From positions 99,262,001 to 99,326,000 of the forward strand of contig NC_043003.1 of assembly GCF_006345805.1 (NCBI RefSeq): a stretch of DNA of 64,000 bases. The letters run 5' to 3'. The translations under genes were made by a program, and so were the position numbers. The notes beneath the pieces are model-generated. The model saw nothing but the letters and a program-made list of their open reading frames with translations, did not search any database and was not told where the DNA came from. Numbering within the stretch: position 1 is the first letter of the stretch; each line of letters begins with the position of its first letter. Of the stretch, positions 36,417-49,182 are shown piece after piece. The stretch is from Octopus sinensis (taxonomy: Eukaryota).

Positions 36417-37099
36417 TCTGCCACCCTCTTCCTTTACTACTACTGCTGCTTAAACAATCAAAGACAAGAATTCATAACTACTTCGAACTCACAAGAGTAA
36501 AAAAAAATGAGCGACAAAAACAAGGAAGTGCCTCCTGTATTTGAATACACAACGACCTCGAACATACAAGAGTAAACAAGAGAGATAGAGACAATCAGAA
36601 ACAAGGAAAATGCCCCCTTGTATTTAAATACTATGCAAATATTCTTTAAAAAGAACTTTTCTTTTAATTTTTCCAAAATTTAATTGTTTTCCATACAGTT
36701 GAAAAAGTCTCAATGACTGGAAGCGGTACTAAAATGTTTTTGATAAAATTATTTTAGCATTTTTTACCTTGACTTTTTCAATATATATATCAACTCGTGT
36801 GTTCCTTTTCAACCTTCTACACACACAGACACACACACACACACACACCACACACACACACACAACGCATATATATACATACATACATATTTATATTTAC
36901 ACACAAACACGCACGCACACATATACAAATATGTATGTGTGTGTGTCACACACAGATATAAGCACATACACACACATATACGTATATATTCTCACATCTA
37001 CACATCACACCAACCATGCTGCGACTAATTTCCTGTCGACTAGACGGTCGATTTCCTGTTCCCTATGTGGTATTTTCCAATCTGTGACACCGTGTGACC

Positions 37100-37250
37100 T
37101 TTCTCGACCAATCGCAGCCTATCTCCCTGTAATAACAACTGACTTTCTCCAACTGATCATTCATTCAAATTTCCAATGGCTGAGGATTAGCATCACACTT
37201 TGAAACTTGAAATACCAAGGAATCTGAATCAAACCGTTTTGCTCCAAACA
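37100..37250 (+). repeat. Inverted homolog of 35850-36010 with a degenerate hammerhead (37176-37218)
   Basis: GACCAATCGCA..GTAATAACAA.TGA.TTTCTCCAACTGA..CATTCAAATTTCCAATGGCTGAGGATTAGCATCAC.CTTTGAAACTT matches the minus strand of 35890-36005. Confidence 0.65.
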
Positions 37251-37279
37251 TCTATTTTAACAAAGGCGAAATTATGTCT

Positions 37280-37775
37280 GTCTGAGGCCCTTGTATCTGA
37301 GTCAACATTTGCTCTACATAGACATATTATACGCTTTTGGAATCGGGGTGATCTCAGGATTGAGAATCTGCTCTTCCTTTGGAGCTGGAACATCCAGCAT
37401 TGGTATCTGATCTAAAAGCATTTGGGTTGCTATTTCTAGCAGGTAAAGCTTGGCTGATTAACGTCTGGTGTTTGTCAGATGATGTCAGAGATCAAGGAGG
37501 AGATAAATGATATTCGCTTCGTTAATTTTACGTCGACATACGAACTTTGGGATAAATTGGCCAACAGTTGGAATTCAACTTGGGACTCGAACAATAAGAT
37601 GATTGTATTGCAGAATTAATTCTCATCCGTTCTTAATCTCTGATCTAACACGACCATGGCATTGAGTCATTATAGACGTATTATAGTCATGCTGCTTAGC
37701 TGTGCATAGTTTTGGGCCGCAGGCCCAATTAACTCTCCGCAAGAACTAACCTCACAGAGTGCGGCTTTTAAGCTA
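37280..37775. repeat. Unclassified dispersed repeat, copy 2 (family F)
   Basis: Colinear with 10880-11300. Confidence 0.75.
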
Positions 37776-37810
37776 GTATATATGTGTATGTGTGTGTATG
37801 TGTGTGTGCG

Positions 37811-37859
<49 letters not shown>

Positions 37860-37861
37860 AT

Positions 37862-38192
37862 GTAAAGAGTGAAGGGTGACCCCTTTCGGTCATGTGTGAC
37901 CATCGGATTGCCCCTAGAAAGTTACCCTCCGAGGTATAAGTCCGGGCAAGGTTGTTTATGGAAGACCAGCAGTCGCCCTCTCCACACCACCGATGTTATC
38001 CAAAGGAAAGGCAAAGGGTCCGATACAGCTTGGCACCAGTGACGTCGCAACTCATTTCCAAAGCTGAGTGAACTGGAGTAACGTGAAATAATATATCTTG
38101 CTCAAGAACAAAACACGCAGCCCGGTCCGGGAATCGAACTCACAACCTCACGATCGTAAGCTCGACGCTTTAGCCACTGAGCCATGCGACTT
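37862..38192 (-). repeat. tRNA-derived SINE (family D)
   Basis: Minus strand GCATGGCTCAGTGGCTAAAGCGTCGAGCTTACGATCGTGAGGTTGTGAGTTCGATTCCCGG (A and B boxes), then TCTTGAGCAAG..CTCCAGTTCACTCAGCT; degraded relatives at ~5256-5395, ~9410-9530 and ~56390-56520. Confidence 0.8.
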
Positions 38193-38267
38193 CACATTAT
38201 ATGTATATATGTATGTATGTATGATTGTATGTATGTATGTATGTATGTATGTATGTATGTATGTATG

Positions 38268-38315
<48 letters not shown>

Positions 38316-38692
38316 CTACTGATAAAATTCAGTATTTTTAATGATTTATCATTTAATTATGTTTATATATTATGTTTATATAAACATAATTAAAGGATAA
38401 ATCATTAAAAATACTGACTTTTATCAGTGGCCACCATATAAAAAACCTTTTAGGTAAAATACATATACAGAGATATATAATTTTATAGGGTACAATTACA
38501 CTTAAGGGTACAGAAGCTATCCTGCCTATATGCTGAAAGTAGACGCCGAACATTTATACACAGGTCGAAAGCAGGAAAGCAGATAAGTGGTTGGACATGT
38601 TCGACGTCTATTTTCAGCATATAGGCATGGTAACATCTGTGCCGTTAAGTATAATTTTACTCTATACAATTTTCTCTCTCTCTCTCTCTCTT

Positions 38693-38739
<47 letters not shown>

Positions 38740-38766
38740 GTCGACATTTTTGAAGATACGGGTATG

Positions 38767-38804
<38 letters not shown>

Positions 38805-38948
38805 TGTGTGTGTGTGTGTGTGTGAGTGTGTGTGTGTATCTATATCTATATAGTCTTCTGCTGTATCGTAGGGCTAAGTAAAGCCTTTTGAGTAGATTTG
38901 GTAGATGGAAACTGAAAGAAGACTTTCATATGTATGTCTGTAGGTATG

Positions 38949-38990
<42 letters not shown>

Positions 38991-39088
38991 TATATCTATA
39001 TATCACACACCATATATATACATATGTATATATATGTATATGTACATATATATATAACCATACATATTTATATACATACATACATATC

Positions 39089-39121
<33 letters not shown>

Positions 39122-39689
39122 CATATATATATATATATATGCATGTGTGCATTTATATATAATATATATATATATTATATTATATATATATGCATATATA
39201 CATACATATATATATATATATAACATACATATAAATATATATATATGTGTGTGTATATATATGCATGTGTGTGTATATATATGCATGTGTGGGCACAGGA
39301 CATCACGAAACGTGTACAACAAAAAATACGAAGTACGAGTACATGGAATATGAACTATTTTTTCGAACAACGAAAGATACAAATGGAAAACAAGACAAAC
39401 AACATAAAAAACGACCCTTTATCAGTTGTTGGCTGTTTTCTACTCTCGTATTTCGAGCATTTAACAACAATACACGCTTTCGATATAATAGTTGCTCCCG
39501 CAAAGCAAATTAAATAAAATTTGGGATTTTGCGGATTGTCAAAATTGGTAACACAAACAGGACAGTGAAAACAAACAGGAAGGGCTGTGAAACACATATT
39601 TGCATTTATATATGTATATATATATATATATAACGGGAAGCTTTATGAAAATAGACAAAAGACGAAGGCAGGTTTACGGAAATAAACAA

Positions 39690-40505
39690 AAGACGAAGGC
39701 AGGTGGAATACAAACAAACAATTGTATTAGTATGGCGCTCAGGGAATATAAATAAAACAAGTCTTTAACGTTTCAAGCCTACGCTCTTCAACAGAAAGAT
39801 ACACAGAGAAAAAACACAGAAAGAAGGAGAGAAAAAAAATTTGCGTGCAGAAACTAGCGAATCAACATGGCGATCTGATTTCGGCCAGAAGTCAAAGATC
39901 AAACATGAGACGCAAGAGCGAAATTAGGGGAGATAATAGGGTTGAATGACCTTACTCCAACATAAGAGTGTGTGTGTGTGTATGAGAAGAGTGTTTGTGT
40001 GTGTATGAGAGAGTATTAATGCGTATGAGAGGTCTGGACGTGTGTATGTATATATGATGTGATGTGTAAAGTCGTATGGTGTAGTGTAGAGAGAGGAGAA
40101 GAGGGGGGTAAGGGGGGAGGGGAGGGGAAAGAAAGGGGAGAAGAGGGGAGAAGGAAAGGGGAGAAGAGGAGGGGAAGGGGGAGAAGGAGGAGAGGAGAGA
40201 GGAGGGGGAGAAGGAAGGAGAGGAGGGGAGAGGAGGAGGAGGAACAGAGGGAGAGTGGGAGAGAGAGAGAGAAGGGGAGTGAGGGAGCAGAGGGAAGGGG
40301 AAGAGGGAAAGGAGGGAGGGGAAAGAGGGAAGAAGGGAAGAGGAGTTAGGGGTGAAAGGCTGAAGACTGAAGAGACGTAGGGGTCGGGGGGAGGTTATTG
40401 AGGAGGAGGGGAAGGGGGGTTAGATGAGGAGGGGGGAGAGTTGAGACCAAATGGCGTATAGGAGCGAAGATTAATTCTTGTTCACGGCGCAAACGGGAAT
40501 CCGGA
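39690..40505 (-). mobile_element. Neptune-type PLE 3' end (EN C-terminus, CT-rich UTR, minimal HHR)
   Basis: PDSRLRREQELIF..PFGLNS across a frameshift at 40505-40440; purine-rich block on plus; 39958-40100 recurs at 47738-47850. Confidence 0.65.
39762..39799 (-). ncRNA. Minimal hammerhead-like motif with A6U core
   Basis: TCTTT-CTGTTGA-A-GAGC gtag GCTT-GAA-ACGT-T-AAAGA: 5-bp stem I, 4-bp stem II, loopless palindromic stem III ACGT. Confidence 0.45.
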
Positions 40506-40537
<32 letters not shown>

Positions 40538-40714
40538 AACATATAAATACTTTCATTTATATATATGTGCATTTATATATATATATACATACATATATAT
40601 TTATATACATACATATATAAATGCACACGTTTATATATATATATAAACGTGTGCATTTATATATGTATGTATATATATGTATGCATGTATGTATTTATAT
40701 GTACGCACACACAA

Positions 40715-40750
<36 letters not shown>

Positions 40751-40811
40751 ATTATTGGTGAATTGAAGAAATGGAGCTGAACGCAGATTGAACAGAAATC
40801 GTTTTATTTCA

Positions 40812-40891
40812 TTCTACACGTGTTTCGAAAGGCACAAATTACCAAAATCCGATTGAATAATGGGACCATATTGTGTCTTTCTCTTCAGGAA
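40812..40891 (-). ncRNA. Type I hammerhead ribozyme (inverted copy, PLE-2)
   Basis: Reverse complement of 42139-42218. Confidence 0.85.
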
Positions 40892-42138
40892 GAAAAAAGG
40901 AAATCCGTTGGAAAAACAAAAACAGAACAGAGGCAGAGCAAAAACAAATCGACTGTGCTCCTAAGAGCCCATGGCGAAACTGTTTATCAGTGTATGTTGA
41001 GAACCGGTGGCTGAAGAATTCAACAGGTCAGGCATCGGTCAATCATGTGGGTGAGGGTGTATAGATGTTCTTTGTGACCGATAATAAAGAACGCGGTTCT
41101 AATTTCAGAAACCAATCCTAGCAGAGTAAGATTCACGTCGGCGAACTCCAAGATCAAAAACGCCGTCTACCAATGCAAGGTTTACACGGACTCAGATGCC
41201 TTCACTTATATAGGGGCATCATCCTCAAGATTTTCTTTGCGTGTCTCCAACCATTACGCAACTTTTCGGGACGTGAACAAGCGCCAGACCACGGGACTCA
41301 GTAAGCTAATATGGCGACTGAAGGATGCGAACTTAAGCTATAGCTGGAATGGTCAATTTTGTCGGTGGCCCTCCCATTTGATAGGGGCAGAAGACAGTGC
41401 AACCTTTGTGTCTCCGAACTCTTCCATATTTTGTTTGCCAGAGGCCGGATGGTAAACGGGCTCTTACAGTCGGCTTTTCGATGCCCCCATTGGCGCGCGT
41501 TACACTTATCTGGCCTTTAAATAGCGTTTATATAAACAAGACCGGCACCCATAGCCCTTGGTAACAAATTCTGAAATAGATTTTAAGATATCTACAATTA
41601 ACCACTGCAAGGAAATTACTCCTGTAAGACAAACGGGGCTTGTTTTTTCACAGCGGGGGGTTTCCTTGTCAAGGCAGGCTTGGATGAACACACACCACAC
41701 ACACATAAACATAATATATATATATATTTCTTTATTTTTTTTCTTTCTGGCCACCAACGGTTATCACGGCAGTAGCCACTGACAGCCGAACGATCAAACG
41801 CACACACACGTACACAAAAAATGTTTTCTACCCCTACGCCAACACACACATATATAAACGTATAACACACACACACGTCTCTAAGTAGATTTTTCTCTCG
41901 CCCCTTATAAAACATCCAATATTTTTTAAATAGTCAGAACTTTATTATCGGTCACAAAGAACATCTATACACCCTCACCCACATGATTGACCGATGCCTG
42001 ACCTGTTGAATTCTTCAGCCACCGGTTCTCAACATACACTGATAAACAGTTTCGCCATGGGCTCTTAGGAGCACAGTTCGATTTGTTTTTTGCTCTGCCT
42101 CTGTTCTGTTTTTGTTTTCCAACGGATTTCCTTTTTTC

Positions 42139-42218
42139 TTCCTGAAGAGAAAGACACAATATGGTCCCATTATTCAATCGGATTTTGGTAATTTGTGCCT
42201 TTCGAAACACGTGTAGAA
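42139..42218 (+). ncRNA. Type I hammerhead ribozyme (5' pLTR, PLE-2)
   Basis: Stem I TTC/GAA (extendable by TTTC/GAAA after a bulge); CTGAAGA 42142-48; stem II GAAAG/CTTTC + CACAA/TTGTG; GAA; palindrome ACACGTGT; GUA ending at 42215. Confidence 0.85.
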
Positions 42219-42485
42219 TGAAATAAAACGATTTCTGTTCAATCTGCGTTCAGCTCCATTTCTTCAATTCACCAATAATGTTTTAATTTCAATTATCCGC
42301 ACCAACGCACGGTTGCAACGCCAGATGGTTGTACCTCCAACCGTGCTGTTCACTGCTGTGATTTTTGCTACTAAGGTATCGGTTAAACTTTTGATAATCT
42401 ACTACTACAAGATTATTCATCTTTCTATTTCACATAATACATACCGCTTCGTCAAGAAACTGCTACTTTAAAACCGACGCCAATA

Positions 42486-45167
42486 ATGGAGTTGTTCGAG
42501 ATTGATGCGTCCCTTAAGGATATTCCTATACCACCAAAGGATGCCTTCCTTAAGGAGTTGGTTTGTAAAACCAACGCATTCATAAACCGGATAAGATGGC
42601 TCATTTTCTTCCACGAGAACGAAGATCTAAAATCGAACCGGACAACTGCATCGTCCGAATACGGCCGGCTTTTTAAAACATTGGATACGCCGCCACCGAA
42701 CCCAAGACTGAAGAAGTTTGAGGACGACTTGTGGGACATAGTTAGAAAGATTAAGTTCAGGAAGTCACCCAGGAGAAATGCCCACCTCAGATACCTAGAT
42801 AAAATTACCAAGGACTTTAATAGAACGGACGGAGTCCTGGTCCAGTCCGACAAGACCAGGAACACATACAAGATGCCCATTAAGCAGTACCTAGATTTAC
42901 TCGGTAAAGAGATCAAGAAAATTATAGAAAAACCAATTGGAGTACCCTGAGGAAGGTAAACTTGGAAATTAAGGATATAATATTTAAACACCGAATTCAA
43001 ATGAGAACTCAGCCGCTTAGCCCCAAGCAACCCAGATTTATAGTGAAGGACCATAAACCTAACTTCCACACCAACCCAGCGCTAAGACTCATATGCCCTG
43101 CTAGATCTGATATCGGGATAATCAGTAAGTACATTTTAGATAAATATATCCCTAGTTTAGTAAACAAGCTGAAGCTCAGCCTCTGGGCCAACTCCTCGCA
43201 GGTAGTGAAGTGGTTCTCTTCCATCCCCAATAAGAACCGTACTAGGTTCATTCAGTTTGATATCGCCAGCTTCTACCCCTCGATTAACCCTAGTGTGCTA
43301 AATAAGGCCCTCTGGCATGCTCACAACAAGGCAGGCCTCACCAGAGAAGAGATAGATATCATTTTAGTTGCCAGGAAATCGTTTATTAAGTTGATAATAA
43401 CTGTGGATCCGTAAGGATACTCCCAATGAATTTGATGTGCCTATGGGTAGTTCGGATAGTGCGCAGATAGCCGATTTGGTCGGAATATATATTCTCTACG
43501 AATTGTCCGATCAATTCCCGGAGATCGCGGGCGGCCTGTATCGTGACGATTGTCTGTTTTACCTGCAAAACACCACGAACAGAATAGTGCAGAAAACTAA
43601 GAGCAGGTTAGCTAGGTTTTTTAATAGAATGGGCATGAGTATAGTTTTTGATAATGAACTCACCAAGGCTAATTTCCTAGACGTTACACTTAACCTTAAT
43701 AGCGACTCATACTGCCCTTACCATAAGCCTTCCACTAATTTGAAGTATGTCAGTGTCTTCTCAAATCATGCCAAAACCGTAACAGACAATTTGGTTAAAA
43801 ACATCTCTCTAAGATTGTCTGGCTTTCCGCCAGTGCCGATATTTTTATGCAGAAAGCGGATTTTTATAACGCCGCACTATCCAAGGCCGGTTATAGGCAG
43901 AAGGTAATTTATATTGATCCGGCCCTTCCGATGCCATCATTCGGTCATCAGGATAGGGCCGTATATAATAACATTAACATTTTAAGTAAGGACGGGAGCG
44001 CGGCGGATACCGGGGTAGTCGCTCCCGCATTTAATTTAGCGAACAAGGATAATTATCGGTCCGGGAGGTCTTACACTAACCCAAGACCCGTTATTCATCC
44101 GAGAATCACCCACCCGAATGCGAGAGCTGGCGTCCCGACCCATCACACTGATAGGAATAAGCATATATGGTTTGTAATCCCCTTTGGTAAGCAGATTAGA
44201 ACTAACCTCCCCCTCATGTTTAGACAAGCCATCGCCAATAACTTCCCCAGAATTCCAAATATTACTCCACGGTTAACTCACATAAAGTTAGGATAGCTTT
44301 CTCCAACACTAAAAACCTCGCCCAGATAATCGCCTCCCATAATAATAGGCTACTTACTAAGACCCTATCACCTTTTTCCGGAGGCACAGCCTCTTCCGCT
44401 CCCGGTTTAATGCTCAGTAGGAATAATTATAGTAGTAATAATGATATGAGAGCCAGTACAGTGACACATAATCTCAGCTCCAGCCAGGGAGTACCCACGG
44501 GGTATAGTTATAAATAGGGGTGTTGTGGTTGATGGTAACAATGGGAGTAGGGTAGAGAGCCCCTTTAGCATCCCCAGCATCATTTCCCGCAATAGCAGTA
44601 CCACGGGCAGTAGCAATGACAGCACTCTGATAGATAGTGGAGAATCAGGGGTTATTCCTATAGTTAATAGTGACGTAGTGGAAAATAGAGTAGTAAGCGG
44701 CTGCAGGTCTCGGAACGAATATAGTGACAGGAACGCAGTTCTAATTTCAGAAACCAATCCTAGCAGAGTAAGATTCACGTCGGCGAACTCCAAGATCAAA
44801 AACGCCGTCTACCAATGCAAGGTTTACACGGACTCAGATGCCTTCACTTATATAGGGGCATCATCCTCAAGATTGTCTTTGCGTGTCTCCACCATTACGC
44901 AACTTTTCGGGACGTGAACAAGCGCCAGAGACCACGGGACTCAGTAAGCTAATATGGCGACTGAAGGATGCGAACTTAAGCTATAGGCTGGAATGGTCAA
45001 TTTTGTCGGTGGCCCTCCCATTTGATAGGGGCAGAAGACAGTGCAACCTTTGTGTCTCCGAACTCTTCCATATTTTGTTTGCCAGAGGCCGGATGGTAAA
45101 CGGGCTCTTACAGTCGGCTTTTCGATGCCCCCATTGGCGGCGTTACACTTATCTGGCCTTTAAATAG
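42486..45167 (+). pseudogene. PLE-2 polyprotein: N-terminal domain, RT, thumb, GIY-YIG EN; broken only by single-base indels where checked
   Basis: SLKDIPIP..FINRIRW, QSDKTRN, KDHKPNF..LRLICP, IQFDIASFYPSI, PMGSSDSAQIADLVG, GLYRDDCL, NFLDVTLNL, IWFVIPF, AVYQC..YIGASS..GLSKLIWRLK..CNLC..E..CPH. Confidence 0.92.
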
Positions 45168-45780
45168 CGTTTATAAAAAGACCGGCACCCATAGCCCTTG
45201 GTACAAATTCTGAAATAGATTTTAAGATATCTACAATTAACCACTGCAAGGGAAATTACTCCTGTAACAAACGGGGCTTGTTTTTTCACATTTTCACAGC
45301 GGGGGGTTTCCTTGTCAAGGCAGGCTTGATGAACACACACACACACACATAAAAAATAAAATATATATATAATTTCTTTATTTTTTTCTTTCTGCCACCC
45401 ACGGTTATCACGGCAGTAGCCACTGACAGCCGAACGATCAAACGCACACACGTACACAAAAAATGTTTTCTACCCCTACGCCAACACACACATATATAGA
45501 ACAGTATACACACACACACGTCTCTAAGTAGATTTTTTCTCGCCCCTTATAAAACATCCAATATTCTTTAAATAGTCAGAACTTTATTATCGGTCACAAA
45601 GAACATCTATACACCCTCACCCACATGATTGACCGATGCCTGACCTGTTGAATTCTTCAGCCACCGGTTCTCAACATACACTGATAAACATTTCGCCATG
45701 GGCTCTTAGGAGCACAGTTCGATTTGGTTTTTGCTCTGCCTCTGTTCTGTTTTTGTTTTTCCAACGGATTTCCTTTTTTC

Positions 45781-45860
45781 TTCCTGAAGAGAAAGACACA
45801 ATATGGTCCCATTATTTCATCGGATTTTGGTAATTTGTGCCTTTCGAAACACGTGTAGAA
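45781..45860 (+). ncRNA. Type I hammerhead ribozyme (3' pLTR, PLE-2)
   Basis: Same fold as 42139-42218; CTGAAGA 45784-90, cleavage triplet ending at 45857. Confidence 0.85.
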
Positions 45861-46078
45861 TGAAATAAAACGATTTCTGTTCAATCTGCGTTCAGCTCAT
45901 CATTCTCTTCTTCAATTCACCAATAATGTTTTAATTTCAATTATCCGCACCAACGCACGGTTGCAACGCCAGATGGTTGTACCTCCAACCGTGCTGTCAC
46001 TGCTGTGATTTTTGCTACTAAGGTATCGGTTAAACTTTTGATTAATCTACTACAAGATTATTCATCTTTCTATTTCAC

Positions 46079-46122
<44 letters not shown>

Positions 46123-46681
46123 ACGGTGTGTGTTTTGTGTCTATATGCATGCATATTCTTATGTGGGTCATATTTTCAACAACAAGACGTTCAGTCATAT
46201 CTGATTCTTGAAGTGCTTCAATTCTGTATATGTACGTATATTTACTAGATTGCTGACATTTATTAATGGTTTCCCCATTATTTTGATGTGCCATTTTCTA
46301 TTATTAATAAAATTGTCGACATTTTTTAAGATACGGGTATGCTAGTATATATGTGTCAATTAATAAACGAACAGGTGTTAGCAAATCACTGTTACTATGT
46401 TACAGCTGTTTCTGTTATGTCGCACAGGAACTCAGCTCTGAGTAAAAATAGCCGTAAGATAATGAAAGTGATTACACAATTGTTGTTCTTTTGTCATTCC
46501 TTAATTGATATCACGCCCTGTCTGTAATCACCTGACGCTTTAATTCTAACGTATAATTTTATTCTAACAACTCAATAAATATCTCCATGCCTAAACCTAA
46601 ATGTCTATCCAATGTCTATCCATCCAGCCACTATCCCATCCATACACATGCACACATAATCTACATACAAACATATACAAA

Positions 46682-47479
46682 CAGAGTGTTCGGACTAAAT
46701 TGATAATTTGTATAAGAGGAAAAGAAAGCCCAATATCCCATCCAATACTAAAAGTATTTTTTTAAAATTCAAAATATATCAACTAGATTATGTCTAGCTT
46801 CCACCACAACCTCAAGACGACTCTTGAACCTGGCACATGCGTTCTTCACTGTATCCGTGGGAAGATCTTCGAGTACGTCCTTGATTTTGGCCACCATCTT
46901 GGCTTTGGTGCTGCTCACACATAGTAATCCATTGGATTACAATTAAGGGAATTAGGAGGCCAGAAAGTGAGGCTGGTGAAGTTGTAGAAATTCTCCGACA
47001 ACTTCTGACTCTTTCCGGAGATATGGCAAGAAGCCAAATGTTACTGTCAAACATATGGCCTTCAGGCAACAACCCTTTCCAGACAGGGATTGACCATTCT
47101 CCATCAGTTTCACATAGCGGTTGCAATTGAGCCTAAGATCCTGTTCAAAGATGTGGGGATAAATTCCGGCGTGTTGACGCAGTTAGAACGCCTGTTGTGC
47201 CACAGCTTCTTAGTTTCATTTGCAGCTGTCCATGTCATGTCTTACAGCCATTATAGTGTTAATAGAGCATTGAACAGCAGTCATGTTATCGGTATTTTGA
47301 TTACCGGTACGAATTCTCATGATACAGGTAATATTCAAATGGCTTCCATGTCAGCCAACTTTTTCTCAACTACAACTTTAGTCTTTATGCTCTCCAACAC
47401 TGTTAACTGTTCATCAATACATCAAGCTGTTCCTGAAAAAAACCCATAAAAGATCGTCAAATTTAACTCGAACACACTG
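46682..47479 (-). mobile_element. Internally deleted maT-like Tc1/mariner transposon
   Basis: Imperfect TIRs CAGAGTGTTCGGACTAAATTG / CAAATTTAACTCGAACACACTG; minus strand FWPPNSLNCNPMDYYV and KNACARFKSRLEVVVEA. Confidence 0.75.
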
Positions 47480-47492
47480 TTTATCATACACA

Positions 47493-47561
<69 letters not shown>

Positions 47562-47737
47562 ATTCTAAAGTCAATATTTCTCAGCAAGACTTCATTGAAA
47601 AATTATTATAATTGGACTGAATTCATATCGCAACCTAAAATACAACAGGTCACACATATTTGTTGACTTGGAAATATAGGTTTACTCCAAGACATTGAAA
47701 ATCTCAGTCTATATTTCACAATGGGTCAGAATATTGC

Positions 47738-48150
47738 CAACATAAGAGTGTGTGTGTGTATGAGAGGGTATGTAGTGCGTATGAGAGGTCTGGACGTGTG
47801 TATGTATATATGATGTGATGTGTAAAGTCGTATGGTGTAGTGTAGAGAGAGGAGATTGGGGGGAGAGGGGAGGAGGAGGGGTGATGTGTAAAGTCGTATG
47901 GTGTAGTGTAGAGAGAGGAGATAAGGGGGAGAGGGGAAGAGGGGGGAGGTAAGGGGGACAGAGAGGAGAGATGAGGGGGAGATGAGATGTGGGGTGAGGG
48001 TGAGGGGGGATAAGGAAAGAGGAGAAGAGGAGGGGAAGGGGGAGAAGGAAGGAGAGGAGAGGAGGAGGGAGGATAGAGGGAGAGAGAGAGAGAGAGAAGG
48101 GGAGTAAGGGAGCAGAGAGAAAGAGGGAAGGGGAAGAGAAAGAGAAGGGG
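47738..48150 (-). repeat. Second copy of the Neptune-type 3' UTR segment seen at 39958-40330
   Basis: CCAACATAAGAGTGTGTG..GCGTATGAGAGGTCTGGACGTGTGTATG..GTGTAAAGTCGTATGGTGTAGTGTAGAGA shared, followed by a GA-rich tract. Confidence 0.8.
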
Positions 48151-48188
48151 AGTGACTTATCGCCTCGTGCCTATATGCTAGTCCTTGG

Positions 48189-48274
48189 CTTTCTACTGAA
48201 GAGGCAACACCCGTCGTAAATAATTTTATTTTATTTACTAAGGATTGCTGAAACTATGCATAGTCCAGAAAGGA
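48189..48274 (+). ncRNA. Type I hammerhead ribozyme with a 12-nt palindromic stem III
   Basis: CTGAAGA 48197-203; stem II GGCAA/TTGCT plus inner GTAAATAA/TTATTTAC; GAA; ACTATGCATAGT; GUC ending at 48266; stem I CTTTTCT/AGAAAGG with an A.C mismatch at the first pair. Confidence 0.7.
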
Positions 48275-49182
48275 TAGGGTAAACGTTTTTATTTCTCTTT
48301 TCATTTCAGAATTACAACTATTAGTGGTTAGGAGTTTAACTACTCTTTCTAGTGAGTCGGATGTCCTATTATGGCCATCCCTTATATGTTTGAACACACA
48401 CACACACACATACACACACACACACACACACACATACACACATATATATATATATATATAGCAATGAAATATATATATATATATATATAGCAATGAATAG
48501 CTTATGACGAAACCATCCACTGATACTATTCAAAAGAATAAATGGTATAAACAATGCAATCTTCTCCTCAGGAAAGTGAAAAAAGCGAAACTCGTCAATA
48601 AGACATTTTAGCAAAAAATGATGGATTTGTATAGCGATAGACAGAACGCTATTAATATTGTTTAAAAAAACGTTATATGATATAGCGTCATAAGTAGCTA
48701 ACAGAAAGAGTAGGGATACCAATAGTGAATGTTAAATATAAAGGAAATTAAAGTTTAAATTATATATAATGATAGAGACTACTTATATGCACTAAATGTA
48801 TGTTTTTGCCAATGCTTACATCTGTATGCTCGTTCTATAACCGTGTTTTCTAGAGTATTTTTAGAGAAAATAATGAAAAATAGCTCAGAATTGCAGAGAA
48901 GACAGAATTCCTTGCCTTTGTCATATGGTATCGAAATTGAGAGAATCAACCATTCTAAATGAAATTGTTCATTGTGTCTTTTAAATCCCAAATCAGTTTG
49001 CTGAGACCGGTACTATTACGTTTATTTCTATCCCTAAATGTTGAGTAATGGATAGAAATTCTTTTAGATAACTCTAACGATGTGCTTCCAATGTAAAATC
49101 GTACTTTATTCCGAGTACTGATTATACACTGGTATATAGAATTTTTAATCTTAGAGTTACTTGACATAAACTTAATTCTATT

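Larger units (their letters stand above)
40749..46084 (+). mobile_element. PLE-2: near full-length Penelope-like element with 1.35-kb pseudo-LTRs and a 5' inversion
   Basis: Direct repeats 41089-42439 and 44731-46084; 40749-41089 is the reverse complement of 41940-42281; (AT)n on both flanks. Confidence 0.95.
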
